Shown here one piece after another: positions 1 through 8,043 of a stretch of DNA of 26,720 nt. A model generated the notes under the pieces. That model saw nothing but the letters and a program-made list of their open reading frames with translations. It had not been told where the DNA came from and did not search any database. This DNA comes from a virus (lineage: Duplodnaviria; Heunggongvirae; Uroviricota; Caudoviricetes), in the IMG/VR virus record IMGVR_UViG_2734482772_000016, positions 1-26,720 of that record; one strand, 5' to 3'. Within the stretch, counting starts at the first letter, position 1; every line of letters starts with the position of its first letter. The translations under genes were made by a program, and so were the position numbers.

Positions 1-393
1 ATGTCTGAACCCTTATCAGGCGGCGGAGCTGTGGCAGTCACCATCGGTGGTGCCAGTGTGTTTGGCCTTCTCACCAATACCGATTTCGGGGTTGTGGTGG
101 GCGCGTTTGCCGGAGCGCTTTTTGTTGTCACGCAGCAGAAAGAAATCCCGGTATGGCGAATGGCTATCCACCTGCTCGTCGCGTTTGTGGTTGGCGTTCT
201 GGGGGCTGGCGTGGCTGCGTCACTGATGCAGTGGCTGACCCACTACAACGACAAGCCACTCGATGCATTGTGTGCGGTCGGTGTCTCGGCGTTATCCATC
301 AAGATACTGACCTTTCTTTATCAACAGGAAATTTCATCGCTGTTCGGCCTGTTTTCCAGACTGCGCGGCGGAGGGGGTGGAAATGGAAAGTAG
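1..393 (+). CDS. putative holin (small multi-pass membrane protein)
   Basis: 130 aa with three to four glycine-rich hydrophobic segments (GGAVAVTIGGASVFGLL, FGVVVGAFAGALFVV, LLVAFVVGVLGAGVAASLM) and a charged Gly-rich C-terminus; sits just upstream of the endolysin. Confidence 0.5.
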   Translation: MSEPLSGGGAVAVTIGGASVFGLLTNTDFGVVVGAFAGALFVVTQQKEIPVWRMAIHLLVAFVVGVLGAGVAASLMQWLTHYNDKPLDALCAVGVSALSIKILTFLYQQEISSLFGLFSRLRGGGGGNGK

Positions 394-679
394 CCTTGCC
401 GGTATCGTGAACGTCTGGCTGTGTCTCGCCATTGTGCTGGGGTTGTTTGTGTATCGCCGCCACGGTGCAGCGCATAAACCGATGATTACCTGGCTGGCGT
501 ACTGGCTGATGCTCGGCTACGTCATCATCCCGTTCCGCTGGCTGTCCGGTACGTACACACATTCCAGCTGGCTGGTTGTGGCGCTGAATCTGGTTTTCTG
601 TGCGCTTATCGTGTGGGCGCACGGGAATTTGTCAAAAATCCTTTCGTTACTGAGGCATCCACATGAAATCAAAAGATAA
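377..679 (+). CDS. small membrane protein of the lysis cassette (holin or antiholin partner)
   Basis: 100 aa with three predicted transmembrane segments (LAGIVNVWLCLAIVLGLFVY, WLAYWLMLGYVIIPF, WLVVALNLVFCALIVW); overlaps both the upstream holin-like gene and the downstream endolysin. Confidence 0.4.
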   Translation: MEMESSLAGIVNVWLCLAIVLGLFVYRRHGAAHKPMITWLAYWLMLGYVIIPFRWLSGTYTHSSWLVVALNLVFCALIVWAHGNLSKILSLLRHPHEIKR

Positions 680-1208
680 AATTTTTGATGAAGTCCTGGG
701 CAAAGAAGGTGGTTATGTCAATCACCCGGATGATAAGGGCGGTCCGACCAAATGGGGCATTACGGAAAAAGTCGCCCGTGCCCACGGATACCGTGGTGAT
801 ATGCGCGATTTAACCCGCGAGCAGGCGCTGGACATCCTTGAAGCCGATTACTGGTACGGTCCGCGATTCGACCAGGTCGCCGCATTATCCCCTGATATTG
901 CCGCAGAGCTGTGTGATACCGGTGTGAATATGGGGCCAACCGTGGCGTCCAGAATGCTTCAGCGCTGGCTGAATGTGTTCAATCTGCGCGGCAGGCTGTA
1001 CCCGGATATGGACGCAGACGGACGCATCGGGCCTCGTACCATCAGTGCATTGCGCGCCTTCCTGAATAATCGCGGTCAGGACGGTGAACGGGTGATGCTG
1101 ACGGCCCTGAACTGTACGCAGGGGGACCGCTATCTGGAACTGGCGGAGAAACGCGAGGCTAACGAATCGTTTGTTTATGGCTGGCTGAAGGAGCGCGTGG
1201 CGATATGA
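663..1208 (+). CDS. endolysin, glycoside hydrolase family 108-like N-terminal domain with C-terminal peptidoglycan-binding domain
   Basis: 181 aa; the N-terminal stretch DEVLGKEGGYVNHPDDKGGPTKWGIT matches the conserved GH108 (DUF847-type) muramidase motif as I recall it; the C-terminal half resembles a PG-binding module; no signal or SAR segment. Confidence 0.8.
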   Translation: MKSKDKIFDEVLGKEGGYVNHPDDKGGPTKWGITEKVARAHGYRGDMRDLTREQALDILEADYWYGPRFDQVAALSPDIAAELCDTGVNMGPTVASRMLQRWLNVFNLRGRLYPDMDADGRIGPRTISALRAFLNNRGQDGERVMLTALNCTQGDRYLELAEKREANESFVYGWLKERVAI

Positions 1209-1387
1209 CGCGTCAGCACTGGACCCACAGAACGCCACGTAAAGCCGCGCGCTGTGTTCTGGCCCTGTTTCTGGTGATGTTGCTTCCGGTGGGATGCACA
1301 GACATTAACAGAACGGGACAGCTGTTAGACGCGGCGGCGCAGGTCTGCCGGATTATTGACGGCATCCGGCAGTGTTCACAGAACTGA
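1205..1387 (+). CDS. small putative lipoprotein (possible Rz1-like outer-membrane spanin or other lysis-associated lipoprotein)
   Basis: 60 aa; basic N-region, hydrophobic core and a lipobox-like LPVGC followed by a roughly 29-residue mature peptide; start overlaps the endolysin stop (ATGA). Confidence 0.35.
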   Translation: MTRQHWTHRTPRKAARCVLALFLVMLLPVGCTDINRTGQLLDAAAQVCRIIDGIRQCSQN

Positions 1388-1614
1388 TTTTTCGAAGGTC
1401 TGACACAGTGAGCATTATCAGATTTACAGAATACAGAGGTTCAGGAGGTGCTGGCGCTGTCATGGTGCTCGCTGAACGCATCACCCATTTTTACCGTCAG
1501 TACGGTACACATGATGGCACGGTCATTGAACTGGATACCGGGAAAAACGTGTTTGTTCTTGAAAATCCCGACGAAGTTCAGCGCAGGATTGAACAGGCTC
1601 AGAAGGACACTTAA
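1372..1614 (+). CDS. hypothetical phage protein (start uncertain; alternative ATG at 1462 preceded by AGGAGGTG)
   Basis: Open frame on the late-gene strand between the lipoprotein and the gp27-like gene; no recognisable motif. Confidence 0.3.
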   Translation: MFTELIFRRSDTVSIIRFTEYRGSGGAGAVMVLAERITHFYRQYGTHDGTVIELDTGKNVFVLENPDEVQRRIEQAQKDT

Positions 1615-2114
1615 TGGCGTGGTCACAGGATATCAGGGACAAAGTCCGTAACGGGTACATCTTTGACCAGCTTCCGCTGGATATCGTCGCCATGAAGTTC
1701 GCCGTGCCGCACGACACCGCGCGGCGCTGGAAAACGCAGGCGATGAAGAACGGCGACGACTGGGACAAGCTGCGGGCCGCTCACGCGCTCGCCGGTGACG
1801 GACTGGAAAGTGTCGCCCGCACCGTGCTTATCAGTCTGGTGGTGAAGTGTCAGACGACGCTTGAACGGCTGAACCAGAACCCGGACATCCCGCCGCAGGA
1901 GTCCGTCGAACTGCTGGCGAGTCTGTCCGACAGTCTCAGTAAGGCGGTGGCCAGCAGCAAAAAAATCCTGCCGGAAACCGACCGGCTCGCCACGGCACTG
2001 GAAGTGGTGCAGCGGCTCGGCGCGTTCATCAAGGAGCGTCACCCGGCACAGTATGCCCCGTTTCTTGAGGTGCTCGAAGGCTTCGCTAAAGAGCTTGAGG
2101 ATAATTTCAGTTAA
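1614..2114 (+). CDS. Mu gp27-like protein (DUF1804-type), candidate small terminase subunit
   Basis: 166 aa, AAGGA-like ribosome-binding site upstream, sits just upstream of the large terminase apart from the inserted methyltransferase, as gp27 does in Mu; N-terminal region looks helix-turn-helix-like. Confidence 0.6.
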   Translation: MAWSQDIRDKVRNGYIFDQLPLDIVAMKFAVPHDTARRWKTQAMKNGDDWDKLRAAHALAGDGLESVARTVLISLVVKCQTTLERLNQNPDIPPQESVELLASLSDSLSKAVASSKKILPETDRLATALEVVQRLGAFIKERHPAQYAPFLEVLEGFAKELEDNFS

Positions 2115-2120
2115 CCACAG

Positions 2121-2150
2121 CGGCCCGGTTTTCCGGGCCGTCTGATATTC
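2121..2150 (+). terminator. candidate intrinsic terminator or RNA stem-loop
   Basis: Perfect 8-bp GC-rich stem CGGCCCGG (2121..2128) and CCGGGCCG (2133..2140) around a TTTT loop, followed by the T-containing run TCTGATATTC; lies in the 46-bp gap between the gp27-like gene and the methyltransferase. Confidence 0.4.
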
Positions 2151-2160
2151 GGGATTTGTA

Positions 2161-2901
2161 ATGCAAAAACAGATTATTGGTAACGCAACGTTGTATTGCG
2201 GTGATGTTCTTGATGTGCTGCCGGCGTTATCCGAACGTTTTGATGCCGTCATTACCGACCCGCCTTACAGCAGTGGTGGCACACATAAATCAGACCGCAG
2301 CATGGCCCCTTCGGACAAGTATGTCGGTCACACCCAGTATGCCGAGTTCAGCGGGGATAACCGCGACCAGCGCAGCTGGGCATACTGGAGCACCCTGTGG
2401 ATGTCCGGGGCTGCCCGCCTTGTGCGCCCCGGTGGTTATGTCATGGTGTTCAGTGACTGGCGACAGCTTCCCACCATGACCGACGTTTTTCAGGCCGGTG
2501 GTGTGCTGTGGCGTGGTCTTGTTGTCTGGGATAAAACGCAGGCTTCCCGTGCGCCACACACCGGCTATTTCCGGCATCAGGCCGAGTATGTGGTCTGGGG
2601 CAGCAACGGAAAACTCGACAAATGTCCGCACGGTGGCCCGTTCCCGGGTGTGATTACGCAGCGTGTTGTCCCGTCCGAAAAACTGCACATGACCGCAAAG
2701 CCGGTTCAGCTGATGGCCGAGCTGGTTAAACCGCTGGCACCGGATGCGCACGTTCTCGATCCGTTTATGGGAAGCGGCACCACCGCCATCCCGGTACTTG
2801 CCCGTGGCGGACGGTTTACCGGCATTGAAATGACTAACCAGTATTTTGATATCGCCTGCGCACGTATCGAAAAAGCGCAGGCAGAAGCAGCGCAGGTGTG
2901 A
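2161..2901 (+). CDS. orphan DNA N6-adenine (amino) methyltransferase, beta-class
   Basis: 246 aa; catalytic motif IV DPPY near the N-terminus (VITDPPYSSGG) and SAM-binding motif I FxGxG near the C-terminus (DPFMGSGTT), the beta-class circular permutation. No endonuclease partner on either side. Confidence 0.85.
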   Translation: MQKQIIGNATLYCGDVLDVLPALSERFDAVITDPPYSSGGTHKSDRSMAPSDKYVGHTQYAEFSGDNRDQRSWAYWSTLWMSGAARLVRPGGYVMVFSDWRQLPTMTDVFQAGGVLWRGLVVWDKTQASRAPHTGYFRHQAEYVVWGSNGKLDKCPHGGPFPGVITQRVVPSEKLHMTAKPVQLMAELVKPLAPDAHVLDPFMGSGTTAIPVLARGGRFTGIEMTNQYFDIACARIEKAQAEAAQV

Positions 2902-2902
2902 C

Positions 2903-4543
2903 GTGGCAAAACGTAAACTTTCCATTAAAGAGTTTCAGAGAAGCCTGCAGGAGTACATCGCCAACCTCCGCCAGACCATCGAGGCTGAATGTCTGGGGTT
3001 CGATGTAAACCCGCAGGCCACACAGGCCCGCCGGGCGGCAGTCTGTGACCCGGTGACGGGCTACGATTATTTTGTCGAAAACTATTTCCCGCACTACGTC
3101 CGCAACCCGGCAAAAAGCGAGCTGCATAAATACCTGTTCAGCCGTCTGCCACAGGTTGTGGCAAGCCCGGACCCGGAGAACGACGCCATCGCCGCGCCCC
3201 GTGGTGAAGCAAAATCCACGCTGGTGACTCAGTTGTTTACCCTGTGGACCATTATCCGGGCCATTAAGCATTATCCGGTCATCATTATGGACAGTATCGA
3301 CCAGGCTTATCCGATGCTGGAAGCCATCAAGGCTGAACTGGAATTTAACCCCCGTTTAAAAAACGATTTCCCGGAAGTGTGCGGGCAGGGTCGCGTCTGG
3401 CGTATGGGGACCATCGTCACGGCCAACAATATCAAGGTGACCGTTGCCGGTAGTGGTAAAAAGCTGCGTGGTCTGCGCCACGGTCCGTACCGTCCTGACC
3501 TGGTTATCCTCGACGACATCGAGAACGACGAGATGGTGCGTAACCCGGAGCAGCGCGACAAGCTGCATGACTGGCTCACCAAAACCGTGATGCCGCTGGG
3601 CGAGGCTGGTGGTAAAACAGATATTATTTATATCGGAACCATCCTGCATTACGACTCCGTACTGTCGCGCACACTCAATAACCCGATGTGGAAAACGGCC
3701 CGTTTTAAGGCCGTCATTCAGTGGCCTGCCAATATGAAGCTGTGGGACGAGTGGGAAGAACTCATCCGCAACAAACAGCCGGAAGCAGCAGAGGCACTTT
3801 ACCGACAGAACGAAGCCGACATGCTCGCCGGGTCGGTGGTGTCATGGGCGGCGCGTCCCCTGCTGGCACTGATGAAAATCCGTGTCCGTGACGGTCATGA
3901 CACCTTTGATTCTGAATACCAGAACGACCCGGTCAGCGGTGAAGATGCGCTGTTTGCGGGCTGCATTAAGTTCTGGGTTAACCGTCTTGATGAATGGGTG
4001 TTTTATGGTGCTGTTGACCCCAGTCTCGGGAAGAAAAACAAAAACCGCGACCCGTCGGCCATTCTCGTGGGGGGCTTTAACCGCTTTACCGGCATTCTGG
4101 ATGTGGTTGAAGCCGATATCCGCCGACGTCTACCAAACAAACTTATCGAAGACGTGATTAAGTATCAGCGGGAATACCACTGTCTGTGCTGGTCGTTTGA
4201 GTCCGTCCAGTTTCAGGAGTTTCTGCGTACCGTGCTGGTTGAGCGTTCGGCGGCGCTGGGCGTGCCGGTTCCGGCGCTGCCGGTCATCCCGCTGGAGGAT
4301 AAAGCGCTGCGTATTGAGTCCCTTCAGCCGCATATGGCCAACGGCCTGATCCGCATCAGTCCGGCACATCAGACGCTGATTGACCAGCTGCGCCACTACC
4401 CCAAAGCCGACCACGATGATGGCCCGGACTGTCTGCACATGCTGTGGACGCTGGCGGTATCGCGCAGCGCAAAATTTCAGATACACACCCCACGCAGCAG
4501 CGGGCGTGACCGTGGCGGGCGTTTTGGTTCAGGAGGATGGTAA
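2903..4543 (+). CDS. terminase large subunit (Mu gp28-like)
   Basis: Deviant Walker A-like segment APRGEAKST, acidic Walker B-like LVILDDIEND, correct position upstream of the portal. Start chosen as GTG 2903 (AGG seven nt upstream, two nt after the methyltransferase stop); the longest ORF starts at 2846, overlapping the methyltransferase by 56 nt. Confidence 0.8.
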   Translation: MAKRKLSIKEFQRSLQEYIANLRQTIEAECLGFDVNPQATQARRAAVCDPVTGYDYFVENYFPHYVRNPAKSELHKYLFSRLPQVVASPDPENDAIAAPRGEAKSTLVTQLFTLWTIIRAIKHYPVIIMDSIDQAYPMLEAIKAELEFNPRLKNDFPEVCGQGRVWRMGTIVTANNIKVTVAGSGKKLRGLRHGPYRPDLVILDDIENDEMVRNPEQRDKLHDWLTKTVMPLGEAGGKTDIIYIGTILHYDSVLSRTLNNPMWKTARFKAVIQWPANMKLWDEWEELIRNKQPEAAEALYRQNEADMLAGSVVSWAARPLLALMKIRVRDGHDTFDSEYQNDPVSGEDALFAGCIKFWVNRLDEWVFYGAVDPSLGKKNKNRDPSAILVGGFNRFTGILDVVEADIRRRLPNKLIEDVIKYQREYHCLCWSFESVQFQEFLRTVLVERSAALGVPVPALPVIPLEDKALRIESLQPHMANGLIRISPAHQTLIDQLRHYPKADHDDGPDCLHMLWTLAVSRSAKFQIHTPRSSGRDRGGRFGSGGW

Positions 4544-4546
4544 TTA

Positions 4547-6142
4547 ATGGCACAGCTTGTTGATATTTACGGACGCCCGCTGAAACGTGAGGCACTCAAA
4601 ACAACGCAGTCGGTCAGAGTGGCGGAACGGCTGCGCATTTATCCCGACCACCCGTCCCGTGGTCTGAACATCAGAAAACTGCCGCGTATTCTGGAAGCAG
4701 CCGAACGCGGTTATCTTCCGGCGCAGGCGATGCTGTTTGCGGATATGGAAGAACGTGATGGCCATCTGTTCGCCGAGATGGAAAAGCGCAAAAAAGCGTT
4801 GCTGACGCTGGACTGGTCGGTGGAGCCGCCCCGCAATGCCTCGAAGGCAGAAAAGGAGCTGGCCGCCGCCGTGGATGAATGGCTGCACGGCATCCCGGAC
4901 ATGGAGGACATCATCCTCAACGGGATGAGCAGTGTCGGTTACGGCTTCAGCTGTCAGGAAATCAGCTGGGCGTTCGTGGATAAAACATGGTTACCGGATG
5001 CGGTGACGCTGCGCCCGCATAACTGGTTCATAACTCTGCCGGAACACAATGACGAACTCCGGCTGGATGACGGCAACCGTGGGGAAGACGGTAAGGACGG
5101 TTCCGCATTGTGGCCGTTCGGCTGGCTAGTTCACCGTTACAACGCCCGGTCGGGGTTCCTGGGTTCATCCGGCCTGTTCCGCGTACTGGTCTGGCCGTAT
5201 CTGTTTAAAAACTTTGCGCTGCGTGATATGGCGGAATTTCTGGAGATTTACGGTCTTCCAGCGCGCATTGCGTACTATGCACAGGGCACCAGTGACGAAG
5301 ACCGGGATAACATTCTTGAGGCGCTGGTCAATCTGGGTCATGAAGCGGTGGCAGCCCTGCCGCAGGGTAACGAAATCGAGTTCAAGGAAGCCGCATCCGG
5401 CGGACCGGAGGCGTTCATGTCGATGGTGGAATGGGCGGAGCGTACCACCTCAAAAGTGATTCTGGGCAGTACGCTGACCAGCCAGGCCGACGGTAAAACC
5501 TCCACCAACGCACTGGGTAATGTCCATAACGAGGTCCGGCACGACATTCTGACCGCTGATGCACGCCAGCTGTCCGGCATGTTCAGCAGTCTGATACAGA
5601 TGATGGCCAGTCTCAACGGCTGGCAGGATATCCCGTCACGCCGTCTTCCGCGCCTGGTGTTTGATGTGCAGCAGGAAGCTGACATTAAGGGCGTGGCGGA
5701 AGCCGTCAGCGTGTTGCTCAACAATGTGGGGATGAAGGATATTCCGGCGTCGTGGGTGCGCAAAAAAACCGGCATCCCCACCCCGAAAGACGGCGAAGAG
5801 GTGCTGGTGCCGGTGGCACAGTCTCTCCCTGTGCAGGCTGGCCTCAGCCAGCTGCGTGAGCGGATGAATGTTGCCGCACTCAGTCAGCAGGACAACGGGG
5901 AGGACGACCCGGCACAGAACGCCATCGACCGGGCAGAGCTTCCGGCAGAGGCCATCGCGCAGGGGATGAACGAACTGGTGGCCCCACTGGTGCAGGCCAT
6001 ACAGGAAGGCCGGGATGCAGACGAGGCTATGAACGTACTGGCGGAAGCGTGGCCGGAGCTGCCGGATGAAACGTTGCGGCAGTTGCTGACGCAGGCATTC
6101 TTTGTGGCGGATATCTGGGGGCGACTGAATGCCGACTGTTGA
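4547..6142 (+). CDS. portal protein (Mu gp29/H-like, DUF935-type)
   Basis: 531 aa directly downstream of the large terminase with a ribosome-binding site (GGAGG, then ATG at 4547); size and position fit a Mu-type portal. Confidence 0.8.
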   Translation: MAQLVDIYGRPLKREALKTTQSVRVAERLRIYPDHPSRGLNIRKLPRILEAAERGYLPAQAMLFADMEERDGHLFAEMEKRKKALLTLDWSVEPPRNASKAEKELAAAVDEWLHGIPDMEDIILNGMSSVGYGFSCQEISWAFVDKTWLPDAVTLRPHNWFITLPEHNDELRLDDGNRGEDGKDGSALWPFGWLVHRYNARSGFLGSSGLFRVLVWPYLFKNFALRDMAEFLEIYGLPARIAYYAQGTSDEDRDNILEALVNLGHEAVAALPQGNEIEFKEAASGGPEAFMSMVEWAERTTSKVILGSTLTSQADGKTSTNALGNVHNEVRHDILTADARQLSGMFSSLIQMMASLNGWQDIPSRRLPRLVFDVQQEADIKGVAEAVSVLLNNVGMKDIPASWVRKKTGIPTPKDGEEVLVPVAQSLPVQAGLSQLRERMNVAALSQQDNGEDDPAQNAIDRAELPAEAIAQGMNELVAPLVQAIQEGRDADEAMNVLAEAWPELPDETLRQLLTQAFFVADIWGRLNADC

Positions 6143-7295
6143 CGATGTTGACCTGGGTTATGCGTACACCCTGAAGCCGGAAGAAGCGATTAAGTATTTC
6201 GAAAGCAAGGGATACGTCATCGGCTTCCGCTGGCACGATGTGAAGGACATCGCACACGCCCGGGCGTTCACGGTGGCGGGCGTGCTGAAACTGGATGTTC
6301 TGAAGGATATCCGTGATGGCCTGACGGCGGCACTGGCTGACGGCGGGACGTTCCGGGAGTTTGCCGCACAACTGGAGCCGCTGCTGGAGAAAAAAGGCTG
6401 GCTGGGTAAGCGGCTGATTGTGGACGAGGACACCGGCGAACTGTACGGCAGACAACTGACGCCGCGCCGGTTGCGCACGATATTTGATACCAATATTCAG
6501 TCGTCATATAACGCCGGACGTTATCAGCAGCAGATGGCGAACGTGGCTGACCGGCCTTATTTTGAGCGCGTGGCAGTGATGGACCTTCACACCCGCCCGA
6601 AACACGCCGCCCTGAACGGTTTTACCGCCCGGGCGGATGATCCTGTCTGGGCGTTTTTATATCCCCCGGACGGTTATCACTGCCGCTGCCGTATCCGGGC
6701 GCGTTCGGCGTCGGATGTGGAGAAATATGGCCTGACGGTACAGAGCAGCGAGGGGCGACTGGTTGAGGTTGAGCAGGAATATGGCCAGCCGGGCCAGACC
6801 ATCAGAACAATGGGGCTGAAGATGCCGGACGGCTCCGTGTATACCGCCGACCCGGGCTTCGGTTTTAACCCCGGCAAAGTGGCATGGCAGCCGGAACTGG
6901 AAAAATACGATTACCGCAGCGCCCGCCAGTATGTCACCGGCACACTGACCGGGCCGGATTTTGCCCGGGGACTGGCGAACGTCAGCGAACTGGATGCGCG
7001 CCAGCGATATCCGCTGGCCATCCGTTCACCGGAACAGGTCGCCGCCACGGGCGCTGCACGGCAGACGGTAAACCTTACGGCTGACGTCATGAAGCGCCTC
7101 AGTGCAACAGACACGTCCCCGACCGCCGCCGACTATGTGCTGATGCAGCAAACCATCGAACGGGCGGAGCATGTCACGCAGGACGGTAACGCGTGGCGGT
7201 ATGCGTTACAGTCGGGCGACCGCTGGTCAGTGGCGACGGTGGGGGATGACGTGCTGACAGACTGGGTTATGCAGGACACACCGGAGGCATCATGA
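6129..7295 (+). CDS. head morphogenesis protein (Mu F/gp30-like)
   Basis: 388 aa, overlaps the portal stop; position and size match Mu F. Confidence 0.75.
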   Translation: MPTVDDVDLGYAYTLKPEEAIKYFESKGYVIGFRWHDVKDIAHARAFTVAGVLKLDVLKDIRDGLTAALADGGTFREFAAQLEPLLEKKGWLGKRLIVDEDTGELYGRQLTPRRLRTIFDTNIQSSYNAGRYQQQMANVADRPYFERVAVMDLHTRPKHAALNGFTARADDPVWAFLYPPDGYHCRCRIRARSASDVEKYGLTVQSSEGRLVEVEQEYGQPGQTIRTMGLKMPDGSVYTADPGFGFNPGKVAWQPELEKYDYRSARQYVTGTLTGPDFARGLANVSELDARQRYPLAIRSPEQVAATGAARQTVNLTADVMKRLSATDTSPTAADYVLMQQTIERAEHVTQDGNAWRYALQSGDRWSVATVGDDVLTDWVMQDTPEAS

Positions 7296-7843
7296 GCAGC
7301 GGTAAACTGGATATTAAGATTGATTTAAGCGCGTATAACACCACGCTGGGGAAACTGATTCGTTCCGTGAAGGACCGGCGCGACCTGATGACGGCGCTTG
7401 CAGGCTCCATGCTGGATGCGGTTGAGACTAACTTTGAACAACAGGGTCGCCCGAAATGGATGGGCTGGAGTCCGGCCTATGCGAAACGGCGCGGCCCCGG
7501 GCAAATCCTTCAGAAGTCCGGACGACTGGCTGCCAGTATCCGCTCTGCGGTTAACAATAACGAGGCCACGGTCGGGACAAACGTCCGTTATGCCCGTATC
7601 CACAACGAAGGCGGCGAGATCCGCCATCAGGCACGGACGCAGAACCTGTATTTTAAACAGTACAAAAACGGCAGCGTCAGCAGCCGTTTTGTGAAAAAGC
7701 GCAACAGTAATTTTGTGCAGAGCGCAACGGTCGGAGCGTATACGGTCAACATGCCAGCGCGCCCCTTCCTTCAGCTCGTGCAGGACGACATCGACGAGCT
7801 GGAGAACACCGCAAACCGCTATTTTGCGCGTGTGATTGACTGA
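7292..7843 (+). CDS. virion morphogenesis protein (Mu G-like)
   Basis: 183 aa, ATGA overlap with the F-like gene; Mu G position. Confidence 0.7.
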   Translation: MSSGKLDIKIDLSAYNTTLGKLIRSVKDRRDLMTALAGSMLDAVETNFEQQGRPKWMGWSPAYAKRRGPGQILQKSGRLAASIRSAVNNNEATVGTNVRYARIHNEGGEIRHQARTQNLYFKQYKNGSVSSRFVKKRNSNFVQSATVGAYTVNMPARPFLQLVQDDIDELENTANRYFARVID

Positions 7844-7998
7844 ATGGCGACAAACGCGCTGTAATCGGCTGTGACAGCATAAACGCTTCATGGATGAGGC
7901 ATAACAGCACCGCATCCCATAAATGCCGTCAGAATCGTTTTTAAAAGGGTTTTAAAAACGGTTTTATTTCCCCTTTTATCCTTTCGCGTTATGGCAGG

Positions 7999-8013
7999 GT
8001 GCTGAACACCCTC
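7999..8013 (+). promoter_or_regulatory. copy A of a repeated 15-bp motif GTGCTGAACACCCTC; candidate late-promoter or activator-binding element
   Basis: Exact 15-mer also present at 19915..19929; both lie in the only real intergenic gaps of the late region, 31 to 39 bp upstream of a start codon; contains the imperfect dyad GTGcTgaaCAC. Confidence 0.35.
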
Positions 8014-8043
8014 CACAGTACCCCGGCTTCCCCTTCCGTCATC

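Noticed and set aside
1623-2252. Antisense ORFs of 60 to 210 aa throughout the late region (for example 299..622 -, 1623..2252 -, 2290..2925 -, 10463..11050 -, 12309..12818 -, 15865..16389 -) and a 295-aa + strand ORF at 25749..26636 inside vgrG
   Set aside because: Each lies entirely opposite a longer, well-supported phage or vgrG gene, with Arg/Pro/Cys-rich low-complexity translations typical of shadow frames in GC-rich coding DNA; none has a ribosome-binding site or recognisable motif.
2846-2902. ATG 2846 as the large terminase start (longest ORF)
   Set aside because: It would overlap the methyltransferase by 56 nt and add a highly basic, unconserved-looking leader; GTG 2903 has a properly spaced AGG and sits two nt after the methyltransferase stop. 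Start remains uncertain.
7991-8043. GTG 7999 as the start of the protease/scaffold gene (longest ORF)
   Set aside because: That start codon lies inside the repeated 15-bp motif and would add a Ser/Pro-rich leader; ATG 8044 (MPRMKLKI) is the more plausible start.
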